DNA of 63,998 bases, filler included, from Folioceros fuciformis (lineage: Eukaryota): NCBI GenBank assembly GCA_049999805.1. It is 4 parts of 4 records of this genome, joined end to end, with 100 filler letters (N's around TTAATTAATTAA, not from the genome) between each part and the next. Parts side by side here need not be neighbours in the genome. Positions count along the whole stretch, not along the records: positions 62,918 to 63,998 come from JBNGIO010004672.1; 3 more parts are not named here. One strand, 5' to 3'. The translations under genes and the position numbers were made by a program. The notes below the pieces were generated by a model that was given only the letters and a program-made list of their open reading frames with translations, did not search any database and was not told the origin of the DNA. Positions 63,598 through 63,998 of the stretch are shown piece by piece (position 1 is the stretch's first letter; each line of letters opens with the position of its first letter).

Positions 63598-63870
63598 AAA
63601 TAGAGCCTGAACAAGTATGTGTTTCATTAGCAAAATAGAGCCTGAACAAGTATGCGTTTCATTAGCAAATAGAGCTTGAACAATTATGCGTTTCATTACC
63701 AAATAGAGCCTGAACAAGTATGCGTTTCATTACCAAATAGAGCCTGAACAAGTATGCGTTTCATTAGCAAATAGAGCCTGAACAAGTATTCGTTTCATTA
63801 GCAAATAGAGCATGAACAAGTATTCGTTTCATTAGCAAATAGAGCCTGAACAAGTATGCGTTTCATTAGC
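63598..63870. repeat. 34-bp tandem repeat, 8 copies
   Basis: Unit AAATAGAGCCTGAACAAGTATGCGTTTCATTAGC repeated head-to-tail with no spacers. Confidence 0.95.
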
Positions 63871-63998
63871 TGGCTGCAAGGGCCTTAGGGGGCTTGGTTG
63901 CAGTCGACAAAGCACATCAAGCGGGAGCTGCCCGGCCCGCTTGATGATGTTCACTATCCCAAGGTAGTGAACATCATCCACTATCCCAAGGTAGTGAA

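Noticed and set aside
63598-63870. 34-bp repeats resembling a CRISPR array
   Set aside because: Units are head-to-tail with no unique spacers, there are no cas genes, and the context is eukaryotic.

Overview
This is a eukaryotic window from a non-seed land plant. The compact short-intron genes, a WW-type PLS-PPR protein, CRE-type retrotransposons and PHD-finger gypsy elements point to a hornwort, lycophyte or fern (inference). Host genes are a two-LIM actin-bundling protein, the DEAD-box helicase RH47/ISE1 head-to-head with a NOMO homolog, villin, the ADP-glucose pyrophosphorylase small subunit next to granule-bound starch synthase, a HemD/UROS-like protein, a TIC32-like SDR pseudogene, a PLS-class PPR protein with a truncated WW-type DYW start, and an intronless RD21-type papain-granulin protease. 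Nested transposon blocks lie between the genes: an internally deleted copia inside a LINE ORF1, two gypsy remnants whose integrase ends in a PHD finger, a near-intact pogo/Tigger element, two CRE/RLE-type non-LTR pieces (one with a candidate 14-bp TSD), a recurrent ~395-bp LTR family and a probable CACTA end. The most striking structure is a 1.1-kb LTR, directly after a polypurine tract of one PHD-gypsy element, that is palindromic over nearly its whole length and built from ~160-bp subrepeats. The physical linkage of the GBSS and AGPase starch genes is the second most notable observation. Exon boundaries were read by eye, and several assembly gaps limit interpretation.
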